Shown: positions 24,425 to 38,214 of the stretch, piece after piece
Layout of the letters: each line of letters opens with the position of its first letter
Position numbering within the stretch: the first letter of the stretch is position 1
Source of the DNA: Squalus acanthias
Lineage: Eukaryota
Direction: 5' to 3'
Assembly: GCA_030390025.1 (NCBI GenBank)
Contig: CM059425.1
Coordinates: 167,774,001 to 167,838,000, forward strand
DNA length: 64,000 nucleotides
Made by a program: the position numbers and the translations under genes
Notes under the pieces: model-generated
Told to the model about the DNA's origin: nothing
Database searches by the model: none
Seen by the model: the letters and a program-made list of their open reading frames with translations, nothing else

Positions 24425-26650
24425 TATTTCTTATCTATATGCTGCCCCTTGGCGACATCATCCGAAAACACGGCATCAGTTTCCACATGTATGCTGACGA
24501 CACCCAGCTCTACCTCACCACCACTTCTCTCAACCCCTCCACGATCTCTAAATTGACACACTGCTTGTCTGACATCCAGTACTGGATGAGCAGAAATTTT
24601 CTCCAATTAAATATTGGGAAGACCGAAGTTATTGGTCTTCGGGCCCCGCCACAAACTCTGTTCCCTAGCCACTGACTCCATCCCTCTCCCTAACATCTGT
24701 CTGAGGCTGAACCACACTGTTCACACTTGGTGTCATATTTGACCCTGAAATGAGCTTCCGATCACATATCCGTGGCATAGGAGCATAGAAAAATAGGAGC
24801 AGGAGTAGACCACTCGGCCCTTCGAGCCTGCTACACCATTCAATATGATCATGGCTGATCCTCTATCTCAATACCATATTCCCGCTCTCTCCCCATACCC
24901 CTTGATGCCTTTTGTGTCTAGAAATCTATCTATCTCCTTCTTAAATATATTCAGTCACTTGGCCTCCACAGCCTTCTGTGGTAGAGAATTCCACAGGTTC
25001 ACCACCCTCTGAGTGAAGAAATTTCTCCTCATCTCAGTCCTAAATGTCCTACCCCGTATCCTAAGACTGTGACCCCTCGTTCTCGACCCCCCCAGCCAGG
25101 GGAAACATCCTCCCTGCATCCAGTCTGTCTAGCCCTGTCAGAATTTTATACGTTTCAGTGAGATCCCCTCTCATTCTTCTAAACTCGAGTGAATACAGGT
25201 CTAGTCGACCCAATCTCTCCTTATACAACAGTCCTGCCATCCCAGGAATCAGTCTGGTGAACCTTCGCTGCACTCCCTCCATGGCAAGTATATCCTTTCT
25301 TAGGTAAGGAGACCAAAACTGCACACAGTACTCCAGGTGTGGTCTCACCAAGGCCCTGTATAACTGTAGTAAGATACCCTTGCTCCTGTAATCAAATCCT
25401 CTTACAATGAAGGCCAACATACCATTTGCCTACCATTTGCCTTCCTAACTGCTTGCTGCACCTGCATGTTTGCTATCAGTGACTGGTGTACAAGGACACC
25501 CAGGTCCCTTTGTACATCAACATTTCCCAATATATCACCATTTAAATAATATTCTGCCTTTCTGTTTTTCCTACCGAAGTGGATAACTTCACATTTATCC
25601 ACGTTATACTGCATCTGCCATGTATTTGCCCACTCACTCAACTTGTCTAAATTGCCTTGAAGCCTCTTTGCATCCTCCTCACAACTCACAATCCCACATA
25701 GTTTCGTGTCGTCAGCAAACTTGGAAATATTACAGTTGGTTCCCTCATCCAAATCATTGATATATATTGTGAATAGCTGGGGCCCAAGCACTGATCCCTG
25801 CGGTACCCCACTAGTCACCGCCTGCCACCCCGAAAAAGACCCATTTATTCCTACTCTCTGTTTCCTGTTTGTTAACTAATTTTCAATCCATGCCAGTATA
25901 TTACCCCCAATTCCATGTGCTTTAATTTTGCACACTAACCTCTTATGTGGGACTCTATCTATATAATACTAACTATAACTAAGACCACCTACTTCCACCT
26001 CCGCAACATCGCCCGTCTCCGCCCCTGCCTCAGTTCATCTGCTGCTGAAACCCCCATCCATGTTTTTGTTACCTCTAAACTTGACTATTCCAACGCACTC
26101 CTGGCTGGCCTCCCACATTCTACACTACGTAAACTTGAGGTCATCCAAAACTCAGCTGCCCGTGTCCTAACTCGCACCAAGTCCCGTTCACCCATCACCC
26201 CTGTTCTTGCTGACCTACATTGGCTCCCAGTTAAGCAATGCCTCGATTTCAAAAGTCTCATCCTTGTTTTCAAATCCCTCCATGGTCTCGCCCCTCCCTA
26301 TCTCTGTAATCTCCTTGAGCCCCACAACACCTCGAGATATCTGCACCTCTCAAATTCTGCCCTCTTGAACATCCCTGATTATAATCACTCAACCATCGGT
26401 GGCCGTGCCTTCAGCTGCCTAGGCCCTAAGCTCTGGAACTCCCTTCCTAAACCTCTCCGTCTCGCTCCCTCTATTTCCTCCTTTTAAGACGCTCCTTAAA
26501 ACCTACCTCTTTGACCAAACTTTTGGTCACCTGCCCTAATTTCTCCTTATGTGGCTCGGTGTCAATTTTTTGTCTTATAACACTCCTGTGAAGCGTCTTG
26601 GGACGTTTTACTACATTAAAGGCGCTATATAAATACAAGTTATTGTTGTT
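24425..26650 (+). mobile_element. L2 LINE 3' part, split by a CR1
   Basis: FHMYADDTQLY (24439-24675), LRNIARLRPCL..KLDYSNALL..LHWLP (25980-26487), tail ggcgctatataaatacaag(ttg)n. Confidence 0.9.
24777..25955 (-). mobile_element. 5'-truncated CR1 inserted in L2
   Basis: RT ORFs 25402-25818 and 25061-25420; CR1 3' UTR and tail at 24777. Confidence 0.93.
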
Positions 26651-26774
26651 GTTTATATTATATATACATATGTGTTTTCCTTTACCTATGGGAATGGGTG
26701 CCAAAGTTGGTTGTGTGTAATCCCATGTCTAGCATCACTGGTTTGTAACTTTGTAAGGGATCTTAGAACTCTTA

Positions 26775-27593
26775 GAGCTAGAAATTCAGCTCCTTTGCAC
26801 CTGCCATTAGTGCCTCTAGGGGGTGCTAACGGGGCGCAAAGGGCTTATCACCCAGTGGGGGGCAAAAAGTGCCTCCCGAGAAATTCGGCAGGGCGTTGCT
26901 AAGGCGCTACCCGATAGCACCGCATCCACGCCGGTAGCGCCCCGGGCTGCTGCACCACTGGCAATGATGTCATCACCGTGTGCTGCAACAGCTTAGCGCC
27001 CCACCACAGCCCCTTACCGCCCCACGGCAGAAGTTCGGCTGCGCGCCGCGAGGCTGCCGTGGGCAGTGTCAGCGCCAGCCTCGCGGGTCACGAGCCGGGC
27101 TGACCTCTGCTCGTGTGGTGGTATTTAAATGGAAGGTGCGGCTGCGACCTGCGCCGCCATTTTCTTTTCTTGGCCGACCTCGAGGCCGGCCCCCCGTGGT
27201 GTGCCGTGGCGTGGTCCTAGCCGCCATCGTGCAGCCCGGCACCATGTCTCGGTGCCGGGCTGCGGCCACAGCACCACACCGCCCTGGTGGCCTGGTGTGG
27301 GCCATCAGCTGTCCTGCAGAGTGCGCAATGGCCCTCCCCTTTAACTGAAGGGGAGGGGCATTGAAACACAGCAGCGCTCCGCGGAGCCTCTGCGGAGCGC
27401 TGCCAATCGCGCCCCGACATCGACTCGGTTACCGCCCCACCAGGAAGTGGAGCGCCCGACATTGCACTCCACTTCCTGTGTGGGGCGGTAAGCCAAATTT
27501 AGCGGCCGGGGCAGTGCTTCCACGCCAGGCGCTAAATATCCAGCCTTAACTCGGTTACCACCCCCAAATAGGGCGTAACCGAATTTCGCGCCA
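26775..27593. mobile_element. Non-autonomous Harbinger-type element
   Basis: Imperfect TIRs GAGCTAGAAATTC / GAATTTCGCGCCA with TTA on both flanks; related to 5298-6018 in the opposite orientation. Confidence 0.85.
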
Positions 27594-27596
27594 TTA

Positions 27597-28380
27597 GATC
27601 CCTAGCCATCGACTCCAGTTCCTCCCTGGCCATGTCTGAGGCTGGACCAGACTGTTCCCAACCTCAGACCCTGAGATGAGCTTCCAACCTCATATCCATT
27701 CCATTACCAAGAATGCCTACTTCCACATCCGTAATATCGCCCGTCTCCGCCTCGGCCTCAGCTCATCTGCTGCTAAAACCTTCATCCATGCCTTTGTTAT
27801 CTCTAGACTTGTCTATCCCAATGCTCTCCTGGCCGGCCTCCTATCTTCCACCCTCTGTAAACTTGAGCACATCCAAAACTCTGCTGCCTGTATCCTAACT
27901 CGCACCAAGTCCCGTTCACCCATCACCCCTGGACTCGCTGACTGACATTGGCTCCCAGTCTGGAAACGCCTCTATTTTTAAATTCTCATTCTTGTTGTCA
28001 AATCCCTCCATGGCTTCACACAGCCCCACCCCACCCCACCCCCCACCCCCACATCTGTAACCTCCTCCAGCCCTACAACCCTCTGAGATCTCTGCGCTCC
28101 TCCAATTCTGGCTCCTTGTGCATCCCCGATTTCCTTTGCCCCTCCATTGGTGGCCGTGCTTTCAGCTGCCTAGGCCCTAAGATCTGGAAGTCCCTCCCTA
28201 AACCTCTCCGCCTCTCTACCTGTCTATCTTCCTTAAAACCTACCTCTTTTAACAATTTTTGGTTATCTGTCCTAATATTTCCTTATGTGGCTCGGTGTCA
28301 AATTTTGACTGATAACGCTGCTGTGAAGCACCTTGGGACATTCTACTACATTAGAGGCGCTGTATAAATGTGCGTTGTTG
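27597..28380 (+). mobile_element. L2 LINE 3' fragment
   Basis: IRNIARLRLGL..TRTKSRSPITP and an L2 tail; similar to 25980-26650. Confidence 0.9.
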
Positions 28381-29244
28381 TTCTTGGTGCACCAGGACTG
28401 CGTTTCCCTGCCTCCCAGCAGTGGTAAACAAAGGAAGGGCAGTTTTCTAGCCTCGATGGTAAATGCAGGCTCCAGGAGGAAATTGCAGCAGGTTAGCCAT
28501 ATTCCTAGAAAAGCAATATATTGTGAAACAACAGCAGTGACTTGTGTTTATACGAGGAATTTGCTGACCACACATCTTGGGAAATCATGTGCATGGAACC
28601 CATCATTTTCTGTCTATTAATTTTAGTGTTAATTTGTAAAATTACCTCCTATATGTAATAAAACAGAAGTAAAACAGTCTAGACTGTGGTATGGGAGGGC
28701 TTTGACAGGTCAAGCTGATGGCAGCAGTACTTTCAAATCTCTGCCTTTAGCCTCCCACTGGTAAAACTACCCCGTACTATAAGCAGATCAGTTTAAAGGA
28801 CAGGAGGGAAAAACACTTAAAGTATTTGAAAGCAGCTCTGTACTTTGAATCCAGCATAAGCCCTGTAATTCAAGTAAACTCATACCTATGTCCAGTTCCT
28901 AGGCTCACACAACTCTTCTCACCATCGGAAGCAGTGAAATGCCGACGCATCTCAAGGTTGTGTTCACATTCTGTTGCCTGCTCCCCTTCTGAGGACAATC
29001 CCTTATGATTACTGCCAGCCTAGATCAGCTTGCTCTGCAAAGGTTAATCATTTTTAACAAAGCAGAAACACATTAAAGTAGGGACTCCGTAGGGCACTAA
29101 TTTGCAGTTATGCTCAGAATAAAAAAAAGAGCATCTAGCAGTAGTTGAAATTCAAAGAATAATTTATTGAAGACGAAATGGCCTAAGGCCCATTGACTTT
29201 CTACAGAACTACTGTTTTATTTGCCTCTAAGCCTCTATTCACAA

Positions 29245-30227
29245 GGCTTAAATTTAACCAGGAGTGCAAATCAGTTGTGGGTGTTGGGGGAGGTGGGGGG
29301 GAGAACTCCTGCTCCTCCTGGCCCTACAAGGAAAGTAAAAACAAGTTCAAAAACTTACCTGTTTGGGCCTCCTCTGGTCTCAGATCCTCTTCCTGCTGTC
29401 TTCACCTGGTGGCAAATCCACCTTGCCGCCTATTTGGAAGTGCCGCTTAAAAAAGAAGACAATGGCCTGAAAATTAGACCTAATACGCGAGAGTACGCAC
29501 TGTGTACTCTCGCGTATTAGTTCCAGAATTGCCGGTTTCCTGCATGCACTGCGCATGCGCGGGAATCCGGCACTTTGTGTATTGCAAAGGCGGCGGTTCC
29601 TAAGTGAACTGCGTGCGCACTACAGGCTGCGCGCACGCAGTGCACTTAGTTTTTTTTTCAGGTTTGAACGCGCAGGTAAGTGGTGAAGATTTTACACATA
29701 AAGAAAGCAGACGTAGGACCCCCTTTTAACAAGGTAAGTAGTTAATTAAGTGTTATTTAAAAAAAATTTCAACAGGTTTATCTTTTTTAGAGACTTTAAA
29801 GAAAGGTAAGTTTATTTTTATAACTTTTAAAAAGATTTTAAATTTTTTCAAAAATTTAATTTTTTGTTTAAAGTGGTTAATTTATTTAACTATAGTTATT
29901 TTATTAATGTGATGGCTTTTTTTTAAATTTAATTGAGGTTTAGCTGTTCTTTTGGGGGCTTGTAGTATTCATAGCTTTGACAGCCCTTGCTGTCAAAACT
30001 ATGAATGAAAGATGGTGTGCTGCCATTGGCTCTAACTGAATCACGTGATCCCAGAGCTCGCACGAACTAATTGCGCCTCTGGGACACGCAAGCACTGCAC
30101 GCTGGCAACAGGGAGAGGCCCTGAAACTGTAGTTCGTGTGGGCCCGAAACAAAAAGGTAGGCGCGGAGTGCAATATCGCGGGGAACCCTTACCCCCGCGG
30201 GAACCATTGATGTTTAATTTCTGGGCC
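29245..30227. mobile_element. Probable non-autonomous Harbinger-type element with hairpin array (left boundary uncertain)
   Basis: Right end AATTTCTGGGCC resembles the other TIRs; four internal hairpins and several consensus splice donors. Confidence 0.6.
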
Positions 30228-30364
30228 ATTGTGATCAGTGCAGAAAGTCAGAAGGTAAGTCACCTGACCAATTTTAACTACCCACTTGCCCAGTTTCTGA
30301 TGGACAGGTAAGGTTAAAAGTACCTCAACAGACTATTAACATGTACATTGTTGATTAAGCTGAT

Positions 30365-33004
30365 AGCACTGGAGAGGGATAATGTATGTGAGGGGTCAAA
30401 GACAGAATCTGCTAGAATTAAGGAACAATAGAGGAGCTATTACAGTACTGGGTGTATACTATAAGCCACCAAATAGTGAAAAGTAGATAGAGGAGCAAAT
30501 TTGCAGGAACATTGCAGAAAGATGCAAAAACTACAGAGCAGTGATAATGGGGGACTTCAATCATCCTAGTATAGATTGGGATAGAAACAGTGTGAAAGGC
30601 AAAGATGGGGAGGAATTCCCGAAATGTGTACAGGAGAACTTTCTTGATCAGTGTGTTTCCAGCTCAATGAGTAAGGAAACAGTGCTGGATCTAGTTCTGG
30701 GGAATGAAGTGGGGCAAGTGGAGCAGGTTTCAATGAGAGAGCATTTGGGGAACAGTGATCACAATATCATCAGGTTTAGAATAGTTATGGAAACGGACAA
30801 GGAACAATCAAACACAAAAATGTTTAATTGGAGGAGGGCTAACTTCAGTAAGTTGAAAAGATATCTGGCCCAGGTGGATTAGAATCAAATAATTGTAGGC
30901 AAAACAGTAACTGAACAATGGGAGGCCTTCAAAAAGGAGATGGTTCAGGTATAGAATAGACACATTCCCCGAGGGGGAAATGAAGGCTTCAAAAGCTAGA
31001 GGTCCCTGGATGACAAATGATAGAGAGATTAAAATTAAACAGTACAAGAAGGCTTATGACAAATGTAAGGTACATAATACAGCAGAGAACTAAGCTGAAT
31101 ACAGAAAGTACAGCGGAAATCTAAAAAAGAGAATAAGAGGAGCAAAGAGAGCATATGAGAATAGATTAGTGGCTAATGTAAAAGGGAACCCAAAAGTCTT
31201 TTATAAACATATAAATAGTAGAAGGGTAGTCAAAAGAAGGGTGGGGCTGAATGAGGACCAAAAAGGAGATATTCTTGTGGAGGCAGAGGCCACGGCTGAG
31301 GTACTAAATGAGTACTAAATGCATCTGTCTTCACTAGAGAAGAGGATTCTGCCAATGTAGCAGTAAAGGAGGAGGTAGTAACAATATTGGATCACATAAA
31401 AATAAAGAGGAGGTATTTAAAATGTTGACAGCCCTCAAATTAGAAAAGTCACCCGGTCTGGATGGGATGCATCCTAGGTTACTGAGGGAAGTAAGGGTTG
31501 AAATTGCGGAGGCTCTGGCCACAATCTCCCAATTCTCGTTAGGGGGTGGTGCCAGAGGACTGGAGGATTGGAAATCTTACACCCCTGTTTTAAAAATGGG
31601 TGAGGAATAAACCCAGCAATTATAGGCCAGTCAGCCTAACGTCGTTGGTGGGGAAACTTTTAGGGCAATAACCCGAGACAAATTTAATTGTCATTTTGAA
31701 AAGTATGGGCTAATAAATGAAAGCCAGATTTGATAAAAGGCAAATCGTGTTTGACTAACTTGATCGAGTTCTTTGATGAATGAACGGAGAGGGTTGATGA
31801 GAGTAGTGCGGTTGATGTTGTGTATATTGACTATCAAAAGGCATTTGATAAAGTACCACATAATAGTTTTGTTAGCAAAATTAATGCCCATGGGATTAAA
31901 GGGACAATGGCAGTGTGGATAGAAAATTGGCTAAGCGATAGAAAGTAGAGAATAGAGGTGAATGGTTGTTATTCAGATTGGAAGGAAGTATACAGTGGTG
32001 TTCCCCTGGGGTCGGTATTAGTACCACTGCTCTTTTTGATATATATTAATGACCTGAACTTGGGTATACAGGGCATAACTTCAACATCTTCAGATTACAC
32101 GAAACTCGGAAATGTAGTAAACAATGAAGAGGATAGTAACAGACATCAGGAGGACATGGACAGACTGGTGTATTGGGCAGACACCTGGCAGATAAAATTT
32201 AACACAGAGAAGTGTGAAGTGATATATTTTGCTGGAAGAATGAGGAGAGACAATATGAACTAAATGGTACAATTTTAAAGGGGGTGCAGGAATAGAGAGA
32301 CCTGAGGGTGTATGTACACAAATCTTTGAAGGTGGCAAGACAAATTGAGAAAGCTGTTAAAAAAGCATATGGGCTCCTTGGCTTTATTAATAGAGGCATA
32401 CAGTACAAAAGCAAGGAGGTTATGCTCAATGTTTATAAAACGCTGGTTAAGCCTCAGCTGGAATATTGTGTTCAATTCTGGGCACCACACTTTAGGAACG
32501 ATGTCAAGGCCTTAGAGAGGGTGCAGGGGAGATTTACTAGAATGGTACCAGTGATGAGGGACTTCAGTTATGTGGAGAGACTGGAGAAACTGCAGTTGTT
32601 CTCCTTAGAGCAGAGAAGGTTAAGAATAGATCTGATATAGATGTTTAAAACCAAGAATGGTTTAGATAGAGTGAATACGGAGAAACTCTTTCTAGTGGCA
32701 GAAGGGTCGGTAACCAGAGGGCACAGATTTAAGGTGACTGGCGAAAGAAGCAGAGGCGACATGAGGAAACATATTTTACACAGTGAGTTGCTGTGATCTT
32801 GAATGCATTACCTGAAAGGGTGGTGGAAGCAGGTTCAATTGTAACTTTCAAAAGGAAATTGAATAAATACTTGAAGTGGAAAAAATTGCAAGGCTATGGG
32901 GAAAGAGCAGGGGAGTGGAATGAATTGAATAGCTCTACCAAAGTGTCAGCACAGGTACAATGGGCTGAATGGCCTCCTTCTGTGCCGTATCATTCTATGA
33001 TTCT
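30365..33004 (+). mobile_element. Older CR1 LINE, ORF2 with many stops
   Basis: GDFN/LDLVL/SDHN endonuclease motifs, RT fragments, (cattctatgattcta) tail. Confidence 0.93.
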
Positions 33005-36000
33005 AAGCTGAGATTCAGTGCTGTTTTTCTCTTCATTTTCAGCATAAGAAGGCAGAGTTTATCCCAGCTTTCATACAGTAAGTGAATGGGCTTACTTAAT
33101 TTAATACAACCTTTAGTTCCATTGTTTTTTTTTATTTTGTTGCAAAAGTGGCCAGACTCTGCTTGACAACTATCCATAGTGAAATCATCAGTCTGTATTA
33201 CAGTATGCTTGAGATGAACTTTCAAACAAGACATTCAGTGGAAATGAAAATGGGGAGAGATGTAAGGCGGTCTGCCGATTCAATCCCACCCATTATGCAC
33301 TATCGCACAAAGTCACAATGACCCCCAAACACCTCCTCGTTTGACAAGTCATGCAGTTAACTTCCCCTTCTTTTCTACAGGCTTAATTTAAGTCAAATGC
33401 AATTCTGGTGTAAATGATGACATTTCTGGGACTATAGGTTTTGTCTGCATTATCTTGTCATTATCATACATCCGCCAATTTGAGGGCAGGTATGTCTTCT
33501 GCCAGGAACCAATTTTACCAGAATTTGGGGTGTATTTTAAAATCAGTATAACTCTGGCATATCTGACTTGTATCCCAAATTCAGGCCCCTATGCCAGCAC
33601 CATACTACCTCTGCTCCAGAAAGATTGCAGAATTTCTAGCTCTCACTCTGCATCTGACTGTGCTATACCTAATCTACGAGAGCTTAGTGCTGACATTGGC
33701 TGCCTGAAATGGTGAAGTACTCCAGTGCAAAAGATTCACTCAAAAAACTTAACATAGAGACCTAGAAATTGGACAAGGCCCGAAAATGCTCGCAGGATCG
33801 TGATGAATGATTAACCCGCACCAGTTCCTTTTGATGCAGGCAGCACGCAAACCTTGTGCTGTCTGTTAATTTAAATAATAGTAGCATGCAGCCCAGCGCT
33901 GAACATGCTGCTGAGTGGCTGTACACCTCTAGGGCTAGGGAAGAGAATGTGAGCAAGAAGAAGATGTACTGTTGGCGTAACAGGGCAGAGAGCGGGTTCC
34001 AAGATTCTCTGATGCAGCACTGGAGGCCTTGGTGCAGGAGGTGGACAGGAGGAGAGAGGTCCTGTATCCACAGGGGGCCAGGCGGCCCTCCATACAAACT
34101 CTGAGGAGGCAATGGGAGCAGATAGCCATTGCGGTCAATGCCAGCAGTGTAGCCCCGAGGACCTGGATGCAGTGCCACAAGAAATTTAATGACCTCACAT
34201 GTGTGGTCAAGGTCAGTGAGTTCATGCTCAAATGCCAATCCTTACAACTGAACCACTAGGCTCAGACACTGCTCAATTCACCTTCACTCACCTACCAACA
34301 ATCTCTATCAATCATGACTCCTACCTCACATTCATTGCTTCACCTCACCCTTACACACTTACCACTGCTGCAAGCCTCACACCCATATCTCACAGCTTGC
34401 ACACATGCCAGCTATTCAACCATGACAGACACATCACCCATGCACCACACTCACTGACACACTTCCCTCTCTCTTACAGGACAAGGTGGCTCAGAACCGG
34501 AGGCAGCAGGGGCTACCTGCAGGGAGACAGGCGTACTTGCATGACCTAACCCCCATGGAGGAGACAGTGTTGAAGATGATACAGCGTCTGATGGCCGAAG
34601 TCTCAGCTTCCATTGGGGCACAAGTACAAGCCACCCAACATCTGAGTGCTGCAGTGGAAGCTCAGACTTCTGTCATGCAGGCTTAGCTTGCTGCCACACA
34701 AGCTCAGACTGCTGCCATCATGGCTGTGGTTACCAGTGTTGAAAGGGGCTTGCAGGGTGTCACAGCAGTCCAGCAATCTGTTCTCCAGCAGATTACTAGG
34801 AATACTGAGGCACCTCCCCGGGGAAGTGACAGTGGCGCCGTGGAGCAAGAACCTGCTGTCCTCTCTCAGGATGACCGCATTCACGCTCCCACCACTGCCA
34901 CTCCCCCATTGCCCTTGCTTTTGCCTGTCAGCCAGCCAGCCCAGACTGTTGCTGCCCATGCCGAGGTGATGCAATCCTAAGTCAGGTCTTCCAGGCCCAG
35001 GGCTGATTGAGATCATCCTCCAAGGCCATCTGCAGTGTCCCCCACTGAAAGTCAGCAGCCTTCCACCAGCCATGCTGCAGCCACTGGGGTAGCACTGCAT
35101 AGAAGCACTAGGACAGACATAGGCACACAGAAGACAGGCACTAAGGAAATGCACAAGGGTGATTAGTTTATATTGGAATGTAATATTGGATTGTTTTATT
35201 TATAAATTTGGTTTGGAATGTTTGCTTTGTGGTGGATTTTATTGTAGCATTGTGGCCAAGAGCACGCTGTGATGGTCAGTTACAGAGGGAAGGTAAGGTT
35301 TGGGACTGTTGGTGAATGGGGAATTGGGAATTAGGGATGCGTTCGCTAGTACCACAGTCACATGAATCGATCACGAACAGCCTAGCCAGAAAGGGGCTGT
35401 GTTGGTTGCCTCCTCCTCCTCCTCCTCCTCTTCCCAGCTTTTCGCCATATACATGGTGGCAAGGGCTGTGCCCTCATGCACAATATAAGAGCTCACGGTG
35501 TTGGGGGTAATATATTAGATTGGATAGAGGATTGGCTAACTAACAAAAAACAGAGAGTCGGAATAAATGGGTCATTTTCAGATTGGCAAACTGTAACTAG
35601 TGGGGTGCCACAGGGATCAGTGCTGGGGCCTCAACTATTTACAATCTATATTAATGACTTGGATAAAGGGGCCAAGTGTACTGTTGCCAAATTTGCTGAG
35701 GATACAAAGATAGGTGGGTTAGCAAGTTGCGAGGAGTACACAAAGGCCGCGATTTTATCAATGGTGGCGGGTTGGGTGCGGGTTTGAGGTTCGGCGGGTT
35801 CCGGTCCCGCCTCCGATTTCAGCCGTCCAGAAAATGCGATTTTGCCTTAAGTGGCCTACTTAATGTGTCCGTGCACGCTACCCGGCCCAATTAATGGTTT
35901 CGGGTCTGCTGCTCGCCTCTGCTGATGTCTGTCAGCCAGCTGTATTTAAGGGGCCCATACAGCTTTGTTTCAAATCCTTCCTTTCCTGCTGCTTCTCGTT

Positions 36001-36014
36001 TTGAAATTGTTGCC

Positions 36015-37953
36015 ATGACTTCTGCAAGAGCTACGGCCTCTCCCCACTTTGATGATGACTCCCTCCATGCTCTTGTGGAGGGAGTGAGAGGGCGCCAGGA
36101 GGTACTGTTCCCCTCAAATGGATGGAGGAAGCCTCCTCAGCAAACCAAGGCAGCCTGGCTGCAAATTGCTGAGGAGGTGAGCTCCAGATCTTTGTGTGCT
36201 CGCTCCTGGGTCCAGTGCAGAAAAAGGTTTAATGGCCTAGTACGCTCAGCAAAAGTGAGTATAACATCACACTGACCTTCAATCTGCTCCCCATCTCCTC
36301 TCAGCACCAGCACTCTGCATTGTCAACCTACTCCTGCACATCCCACTTTACCCTTACATCCCTTGCACCTTTAACCATCCCTCTCTCTCTATGTACAGAA
36401 TCACTTCACTATTCTACTATGCACCCCTCACACTCGCTATCACTGTTATGCAATGACAACAACTAATAGCACACAGGGAGGGCCCTTGGTATTGGCATCT
36501 CACTCCATCTTTGTCACCCTCTAAGCATCTATGCTATGGATTCTCTACACTCACTCCAACATTCTCACTCCAACTCCACTTGTGTCCCTCATTGCAGGAA
36601 AAGAGATCCCACAATAAGAGGGAGAGGGCCAGGACAGGAGGAGGGCCACCTTCGATTGCCCAGCTGACCACCGCTGAGGAGGCTGCTCTGGATATCATAG
36701 AAGGGGCTGAGGATCTGGAAGTGGGGGACGGTCAGATGGGTGCAGTAGAGCAAGCTGGTGACAGAATAGATTTGCAGCCCTCTCAGTTACATTGCATGAG
36801 TGACTGATATGGCATCTGATGCTCATACAGATTCAGTTATGATCATCTGCACAATTCGATGTGCATGATACGTTAATATCACATGTCTAACTCATGCCTT
36901 TACTCCCCCACAGAACCATCGAGAGCCCCCCTCCCCACTGTCCAGGAGGAAGAGCCGGAAGACTCCTCAGAGGAAGATGCAACCTCTGAGGGCGCAGCGT
37001 CAACAGAATTAAGCGCACCCAGCACCAGCGCAGATACGCACACCTCGGTGGGTCCTTCGAGAGATACAGTCATGTTGTCACCTGGTGTATCACAGCGCAC
37101 AAGTGAGCATCAGCAGATGGTGGAGACAGGGACAGCAGTTGAGAGTCCACGTCGGAGGCTGCAGGGCGCTCCTAGCTCTGCTCAGCTGCATGTGGACCCT
37201 GTGCCTCTGTGGCCATCCAGAAAGAGAGCGGTGCTGGAACTCCAGGAACAAGTGCAGGAGTCTCTGGCAGGTTTTGCATCCAGGGTAACTGCGAGTGTGG
37301 AGAGGATGGAGGAGTCCATCTCTAACATGAGCACTGCCTTTGTGGAGGCAATGGCGCATGAACGCACCAACACGGATAGGATGGCAACCTCCGTGGAAAG
37401 GATGGCTACGGTCATGGAGGAAATAAGTCGCCAGAGTCAGGAAAACATGGTGACTGTTCAGAATAGAATGACATCTCTGGAGGAGCGATGGGCAGCTATT
37501 GAGCAGAGAGACCAGAGCTTCATGGACGTCCTTTTGAGGAGGACTGCCAGTGCAGATACGGGTCCTCATGGTCCCTCTGAAGTGCAGTAAGGTGCTCTCC
37601 AGCCACTTGCCAGCAGTGAGGTGCGGCTGACCCATGAGAGGGATGTTGTTGGCAGGACAGAAGGAAGTGTGGGCTCCTCTCCAAGCACTCACACGACCAT
37701 GCCACTGCGGAGCCCTCGGTCAGAGCCCCACCAGAGTCCTCACCCAACTGAGATGGCCGTCTTAGCCCCTGCACAGCTGCAGGAGGAGCAGACTGTTGCA
37801 GAGCCCTCCCAAGCACGCAAACCCAGAGGACACACGCCAGAAGTGTCGAAGCAGGAGCAACATGAAAGTAAGCAAAGTGCCTCCACATCTGCTGAAGCTA
37901 CAGAGGAAGTACCACGTAGAAGCACGTGTAAGAGAAAGATGAAGCACCTATAG
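36015..37953 (+). pseudogene. Myb/SANT-like partner gene, 3 exons (36015-36254, 36598-36757, 36914-37953), ~479 codons with one in-frame stop
   Basis: Phase-compatible GT/AG junctions; trihelix-type motif FDDDSLHALVEGV..AWLQIAEEV..RSWVQCRKRFNGL. TAA at 37588-37590 is CAA in the paralogous copy at ~905. Confidence 0.9.
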
Positions 37954-38214
37954 TCACAAGAGTAGTCACTTGGGTGTTTTGATGTAATACATCTTTAATA
38001 TAATCATCGCCATTTCAATGTCAATAAAGAAATGCGATGGCAAACATTCAAAGAGTTGGCCTATGTGTGCCCAGAAATGGAAGTGTCACAGTGAGGTGCC
38101 AGGGTGTCTTTCATCTGTAATGATGGTGGTGAGAGTGATAGGAACCCACACTTTATTGTACATTGTGTATGGTGTGTTAAGAAGGTGGCAGCCACATGTG
38201 TTTGCTTCGTCAAC

